Shown here: piece by piece, positions 59,353 through 64,000 of the stretch
Layout of the letters: each line of letters opens with the position of its first letter
How positions within the stretch are numbered: position 1 is the stretch's first letter
From: Patescibacteria group bacterium
GTDB lineage: Bacteria; Patescibacteriota; Patescibacteriia; Magasanikbacterales; GWA2-37-8
Direction of reading: 5' to 3'
NCBI GenBank assembly: GCA_004321885.1
Contig: SCQK01000014.1
Location: 1-64,000, forward strand
DNA: 64,000 nucleotides
Made by a program: the position numbers and the translations under genes
Notes under the pieces: generated by a model
The model's input: the letters and a program-made list of their open reading frames with translations, nothing else
Told to the model about the DNA's origin: nothing
Databases searched by the model: none

Positions 59353-60426
59353 ATGCAAAATATTTTAGATAATCTGGAAGAAATAAAAAAAATAGACAGC
59401 CAGAATATGCTGGGGAGTTTGGAATTGTTGGGGAAACAGGTGGCGCAGATAGATGGACACGCCAAAGAGGTAAAGATGCCCAAAGCATACGGAGCAGTCA
59501 AAAATATTGTTATTTTGGGTATGGGTGGTTCGGCTTTGGGTGCTGACATAATAAAAAGCGTTTTTAATGATGAATTGAAAGTCCCACTGGAAGCCGCGCG
59601 CGATTATCATTTGCCGGGTTATGTTGACGCGAATTCGTTTGTAGTTGTTTCCAGCTATTCGGGGACAACGGAAGAATGTTTGGCGGGGCTATCCGAAGCA
59701 AAAAAGAAAAAAGCCAAGCTGGCGATAATTTGTTCCGGAGGGGTATTGGCGCAAGAAGCGAAGAAAAACAAAATACCGGCCCTGGTTTTTTCCACGGAAA
59801 ATAATCCCTGTGGCTCGCCGCGCATGGGTTTGGGCTATTCCATCGTCGGCTTGTTGGTTGTTCTTCATAAAGCCGGTCTGGTTGATCTGAAAAATAGCGA
59901 CATAAAAATGATGAAAGATGTGGTGGATAAATATCAAAAAAAATTCAGCGCCAGTTCGCCGGGTTCGTCCAATTTGGCCAAACAATTCGCCGAGAAAACC
60001 CAACGTAAAAGCGTCTGGTTCGTGGCTTCCGAGCATCTGGCCGGCAATGCCCATGTGGCAGCCAATCAGACCAATGAAAACACCAAACGTTTTGGCGGAT
60101 ACTTTCTTATTCCGGAGTTGAACCACCATCTGATGGAAGGAATGATGAACCCGGAAAGCAACAAAGACAATTTGCTGTTCGTATTTTTTGAATCGCTTTT
60201 GTATGACAAGCGCGTGCAAAAGCGCTACGAGGTGAGCAAAGAGGTATTGAACAAAAATAGTGTTCAATGGGTTTCATACGTTTGCGAGGAGAAAGACAGG
60301 TTGTCGCAGGCATGTGAACTTTTAGTATTCAGCGGTTATTTGAGTTTTTATAGCGCGATGCTGGCGGGCATAGACCCGACCGCCATACCGTTCGTGGATT
60401 ATTTTAAGGAGCAGTTGAAAAAGTAG
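59353..60426 (+). CDS. SIS-domain bifunctional phosphoglucose/phosphomannose isomerase (archaeal-type PGI/PMI)
   Basis: IVILGMGGSALGADI...VVVSSYSGTTEE SIS motifs; ~350 aa two-SIS architecture. Confidence 0.65.
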   Translation: MQNILDNLEEIKKIDSQNMLGSLELLGKQVAQIDGHAKEVKMPKAYGAVKNIVILGMGGSALGADIIKSVFNDELKVPLEAARDYHLPGYVDANSFVVVSSYSGTTEECLAGLSEAKKKKAKLAIICSGGVLAQEAKKNKIPALVFSTENNPCGSPRMGLGYSIVGLLVVLHKAGLVDLKNSDIKMMKDVVDKYQKKFSASSPGSSNLAKQFAEKTQRKSVWFVASEHLAGNAHVAANQTNENTKRFGGYFLIPELNHHLMEGMMNPESNKDNLLFVFFESLLYDKRVQKRYEVSKEVLNKNSVQWVSYVCEEKDRLSQACELLVFSGYLSFYSAMLAGIDPTAIPFVDYFKEQLKK

Positions 60427-60427
60427 T

Positions 60428-61273
60428 ATGGATTTATCGGTAATTACCGTTACCTGGAACGCGGAAAAAGAAATCGCCGAGCAAATTCGCTCGGTGTTTT
60501 CCGGCTGTGAGAAGAGCAGCGTGGAAGAAATTATCGCTGATAATGGTTCGGCCGACCAGACCATACGGCTTATTAAAGAAAATTTTCCGCAAGTAAAACT
60601 GATTGAGAATGGCGCCAATCTGGGTTTTGGCGCGGCCAACAACGCGGGCCTGCGCCTGGCTAACGGCGAGTTCGTGCTTTTTCTCAATCCGGATATGAAG
60701 GTTTTTCCGGGCTCGTTGGATAAAATGGTTGAATGGATGAAGGCGCGTCCGGAAGTCGGGCTGGCTGGATGCAGGTTGGTTGATGAAAACGGCGATTTGA
60801 ATCAAGAGGCCAAGCCGCGACGTTTTCCCGGATTGTGGGACCAACTGGCCTTGGTGTTAAAGATTCCTCATTTATTTCCTTCAATTTTGAACCGCTATCT
60901 GTGGAAAGATTTTAACGGCGACAAAGAACAAGAGGTTGATTCAGTGCGCGGGGCTTTTATGCTGGTGCGGCGCGAGGTCTGCCAGAAACTCGGCTGGGGT
61001 TTTGATCCGCGTTATTTTTTTTGGTTTGAAGATGTTGATTTGTGCCGCGAAGTGAAACGGCTGGGATATAAAGTGATATATACGCCGATCGTTTCTTGCC
61101 TTGACCGCGTGGGGCAGAGTTTCAAAAAACGCGCTTCTCTCTGGAAACAAAAACAATTCACCAAAAGCATGATTCAATATTTTCGCAAGTGGGAACCGTG
61201 GTATAAGTGGATTATAATTGCCGCGTTTAGACCGATTGGTATTGCTTTGGCGTGGTTAGCAAGTCTTGTATGA
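60428..61273 (+). CDS. Family 2 glycosyltransferase
   Basis: VITVTWNAEKEI...IIADNGSAD...NLGFGAANN. Confidence 0.75.
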   Translation: MDLSVITVTWNAEKEIAEQIRSVFSGCEKSSVEEIIADNGSADQTIRLIKENFPQVKLIENGANLGFGAANNAGLRLANGEFVLFLNPDMKVFPGSLDKMVEWMKARPEVGLAGCRLVDENGDLNQEAKPRRFPGLWDQLALVLKIPHLFPSILNRYLWKDFNGDKEQEVDSVRGAFMLVRREVCQKLGWGFDPRYFFWFEDVDLCREVKRLGYKVIYTPIVSCLDRVGQSFKKRASLWKQKQFTKSMIQYFRKWEPWYKWIIIAAFRPIGIALAWLASLV

Positions 61274-62316
61274 CGAAACTCTCCGTGCACCTGGTCGCCT
61301 GGAACGGCGCGAAATATATCCCGCATTTGTTTGAGTCCTTGAGAAAACAGACCTTCAAGGATTGGTTTTTGCTGGTTATAGACAACGGTTCGGAGGACAA
61401 CGCGGTTGAGTTAATTGAAAAAGAGTTGGCGAATTTTGCGCAACCGCACCGTTTGATAAAAAACAAAGAAAACATCGGCTTCGCGGCCGGTCATAATCAG
61501 GCGTTTCGCGAAACCGAGAGCGAATATTTTTTGCCTCTTAACGAAGATATGTATTTGGCGCCCGACTGTTTGGAAAAAATGGTGTTGTTTATGGAACAAA
61601 ACTCCGACGCCGCGGCCGTGGCCCCTCGTTTGATGAGATGGAATTTCCCCACGGCTTTTTCCACCCAAGTGGACGCTTTGGGCATGAAAATTTTGCGCAA
61701 TCACCGGGTGGTGGAGCAATACACACGTCGCGAATGGAGCGAAGCGTATGAATTGGTGAAAAATAAAATTATTAGCCGCGGCAACGAGCGCGTTTTGGAG
61801 GTCTTTGGCGTTTCCGGAGCGTTTCCGCTTTTGCGACGTAGCGCCATAAAAGAAATTTTGCTGGAAGGCCAGATTTTTGACGAAAGTTATCATTCTTATA
61901 AAGAAGACGTGGATTTTGCCTTGCGTTTGGCGTCGGCCGGGCACAAGTCGTTTGTTTTGCCCGATGCCGTGGCCTATCACGACCGTACCGGCGCCGGCCC
62001 GGCCGAGCTAAGCGACGCCGCGGCGCTGGCTAACAAGAAAAAACAGCCCCCCCACGTCCGTTATCACAGCTACAAGAACCATTTGATGTCCTTGTACAAA
62101 AATGAGTACTGGCAGAATTTCACCCTTGATTTTCCTTTCATTTTGTGGTATGAAATCAAGAAGTTCGTTTATTATCTTTTCGCTGAACCAAAGGTTTTAA
62201 CCGGTTTGGCCGAAATCTGGCGCGCCCGGCGCGGTTTGCGGCAGAAAAGGAAAATTATAAAGAGTTTAAGGAAAATTGACTGGCGCGAAATGAGGCGCTG
62301 GTGGACCAAAATGTAG
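61270..62316 (+). CDS. Family 2 glycosyltransferase
   Basis: LSVHLVAWNGAKYI...LVIDNGSED...NIGFAAGHN; ATGA overlap with the previous gene. Confidence 0.75.
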   Translation: MTKLSVHLVAWNGAKYIPHLFESLRKQTFKDWFLLVIDNGSEDNAVELIEKELANFAQPHRLIKNKENIGFAAGHNQAFRETESEYFLPLNEDMYLAPDCLEKMVLFMEQNSDAAAVAPRLMRWNFPTAFSTQVDALGMKILRNHRVVEQYTRREWSEAYELVKNKIISRGNERVLEVFGVSGAFPLLRRSAIKEILLEGQIFDESYHSYKEDVDFALRLASAGHKSFVLPDAVAYHDRTGAGPAELSDAAALANKKKQPPHVRYHSYKNHLMSLYKNEYWQNFTLDFPFILWYEIKKFVYYLFAEPKVLTGLAEIWRARRGLRQKRKIIKSLRKIDWREMRRWWTKM

Positions 62317-62323
62317 GATAAAT

Positions 62324-62350
62324 GTCATTCCAGTCCGGGAACTGGAATCC
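62324..62350. repeat. Family B hairpin GTCATTCCAGT-ccggga-ACTGGAATCC between GT2 genes
   Basis: 8-bp perfect stem; ends 10 nt before the ATG at 62360. Confidence 0.5.
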
Positions 62351-62359
62351 AGTCGCATT

Positions 62360-63202
62360 ATGAAGGACATCAACATTGTTTTCGTGAATTATCTGATGAA
62401 AGACGACATCTTGAATGCCGTTTCCAGTATCTTGAAAGATATCGCGGGCGCTTCTTGTGATGTCCAAATTACGGTTGCTGACAATTCGGAAAATAAAGAC
62501 GGAATCAAGGAAGAGTTGGCGACAAAATTTCCACAAATAAAATACGTGAATAGCGGTGGTAATGTCGGGTTTGGTAAGGGCAATGTCGTGGGATTTAAAG
62601 ATACTCCGGCCCGCTATTATTTCGCTCTTAATCCGGACACGGTTATTCCGGAAAATTCCCAAACAATAGAGCGGATAATTAAATTTATGGATGCCAACCC
62701 AAAAGTAGGTTGTATAGGCCCGAAGATGGTAAATGTCGAGGATAATTCCCTGCAACATTCGTGCTATCGTTTTGATTTGCCGTCCATACTGATAAAACCG
62801 CTCAAGCAGATGAATTTTGACAGAAAATATGAGTGGGTGAAAAAACACGCGGACCGTTTGCTGATGAAAGATTTTGACCACAACGAAACAATGCCCGTGG
62901 ATTGGGTGCTCGGCGCGGCCATGGTGGTGAGAAAAGAAGTGACCGACGCCATTGGCTGGTTTGACGAAAGATATTTCATGTACATGGAGGACTGCGACTG
63001 GTGCCGCGTCATGTGGGAAAATGGCTGGCCGGTTTATTATGTGCACGACATAGTAATCACCCATAAACACGAAAGGGCTTCGGCCAAAGTGCCCGGCGTT
63101 TTCAAGGCCTTTATAAAAAACAAGCTGGCCAGAATACATTTTTACAGCTGGCTCAAGTACATGTGGAAATGGCGCGGCAATCATAAATATTACGCCTATT
63201 AG
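62360..63202 (+). CDS. Family 2 glycosyltransferase
   Basis: NIVFVNYLMKDD...VADNSENKDG...NVGFGKGN. Confidence 0.75.
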   Translation: MKDINIVFVNYLMKDDILNAVSSILKDIAGASCDVQITVADNSENKDGIKEELATKFPQIKYVNSGGNVGFGKGNVVGFKDTPARYYFALNPDTVIPENSQTIERIIKFMDANPKVGCIGPKMVNVEDNSLQHSCYRFDLPSILIKPLKQMNFDRKYEWVKKHADRLLMKDFDHNETMPVDWVLGAAMVVRKEVTDAIGWFDERYFMYMEDCDWCRVMWENGWPVYYVHDIVITHKHERASAKVPGVFKAFIKNKLARIHFYSWLKYMWKWRGNHKYYAY

Positions 63203-63208
63203 TCAACC

Positions 63209-63233
63209 GTCATTCCCGCGAAGGCGGGAATCC
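63209..63233. repeat. Family B hairpin GTCATTCCCGC-gaag-GCGGGAATCC between GT2 genes
   Basis: Same flanks as 62324; the stem is changed by compensatory substitutions (AGT/ACT becomes CGC/GCG); ends 7 nt before the ATG at 63240. Confidence 0.5.
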
Positions 63234-63239
63234 AGGTTT

Positions 63240-64000
63240 ATGCCCAAAGTCGCTATAATATATTTGTCATTCCACTCCGAGCAGTATTTGGATGACGCGG
63301 TCTCGGCCTTGAAAAAAATGACATATCCCAGGGACCGGGCGGCCTTTGTGGTGGTTGACAACCCGCACCCGGAGTATGGTTCGTCCGTGCGCGCAGCGGA
63401 AGAGACCCTGTTGCCTTTGTCCGAGAAAGAAATCCCGCGTGTGGTGATTTTGCCGCAGGAAAAAAATCTTGGGTTCGCCGGGGGCAATAACGTTGGCATG
63501 CAGTGGGCGCTTGACAATGGTTTTGATTTTGTCTTTTTGCACAACGACGACGGTTTTATGGCTTCTGACTGTTTGGAGCGGTTGGTGGAAGTCATGGAAA
63601 AAGACAAAACAATCGGGGCGGCGCAGTCCTTGCTGTTGATGCATCCGGAAACCGAATTGATAAACAGCGACGGCAACTCTTTTCATTATTTGGGTTTTGG
63701 TTTTTGCAATCATTTGCGGGTTCCCAAAAGCGAGATTAAAATTGACTCAATCAAAGATATTGGTTACGCCAGCGGGGCCGCGGTTTTGATGAGGGCGGAT
63801 TTATTAAAACAACATGGCCTGTGGGATGATGATTTTTTCTTGTATCACGAGGACTTGGAATATTCCTTGCGCTTGAAACAACGGGGGTACCGCGTGGTTC
63901 TGGCGCCCGCGTCGGTTTTTTATCACAAATATAACTTCGGGCGAAACACCAGCAAGTATTATTACATGGAGCGCAATCGTTATGGCGTGATGCTGATGTA
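63240..64000 (+). CDS. Family 2 glycosyltransferase (3' partial, runs off the window)
   Basis: MPKVAIIYLSFHSEQYL...VVVDNPHPE...NLGFAGGNN with an open frame to the window end; absent from the ORF track because it has no stop. Confidence 0.7.
   Translation, partial: MPKVAIIYLSFHSEQYLDDAVSALKKMTYPRDRAAFVVVDNPHPEYGSSVRAAEETLLPLSEKEIPRVVILPQEKNLGFAGGNNVGMQWALDNGFDFVFLHNDDGFMASDCLERLVEVMEKDKTIGAAQSLLLMHPETELINSDGNSFHYLGFGFCNHLRVPKSEIKIDSIKDIGYASGAAVLMRADLLKQHGLWDDDFFLYHEDLEYSLRLKQRGYRVVLAPASVFYHKYNFGRNTSKYYYMERNRYGVMLM

Overview
This 64-kb window is almost entirely plus-strand, tightly packed coding sequence with many ATGA/GTGA start-stop overlaps. The gene content is tsf, a 2376-aa giant surface protein, a second Fn3-repeat surface protein, gap, pgk, eno, two tandem gpmI, aspS (short archaeal/eukaryotic type), valS, tyrS, argS, scpAB, ndk, gpsA, and a cell-envelope cluster (PBP2/FtsI, murF, O-antigen-ligase-like, gmd, ftsW/rodA, rfbB, rfbD, SIS-type PGI/PMI, four GT2 glycosyltransferases). 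By inference from this gene content and layout, it looks like a Patescibacteria/CPR-type reduced genome. The accessory content is three restriction-modification loci, a MazF/PemK toxin-antitoxin pair with a textbook promoter-operator, and an orphan histidine kinase. One R-M locus is decayed: its methyltransferase is truncated and a HARE-HTH gene and a PD-(D/E)xK nuclease gene look split by a frameshift at an A6 run. A compositionally foreign GC-rich gene sits at 39676..40857. Two paralogous membrane proteins combine an unrecognised N-terminal domain with SH3b-like and lytic-transglycosylase (SLT) domains; each follows a tiny membrane-protein gene. I found one tRNA-Leu(GAG) and no rRNA or CRISPR. 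Three families of short conserved non-coding elements recur. The first is C-run/G-run palindromes at gene 3' ends whose G arm carries GGAGG for the next gene; one copy is in frame inside argS. The second is GTCATTCC...GGAATC hairpins that show compensatory stem changes. The third is a TTGGTCATTG direct-repeat motif upstream of three start codons. All calls rest on reading the translations and sequence by eye; no database search was possible.
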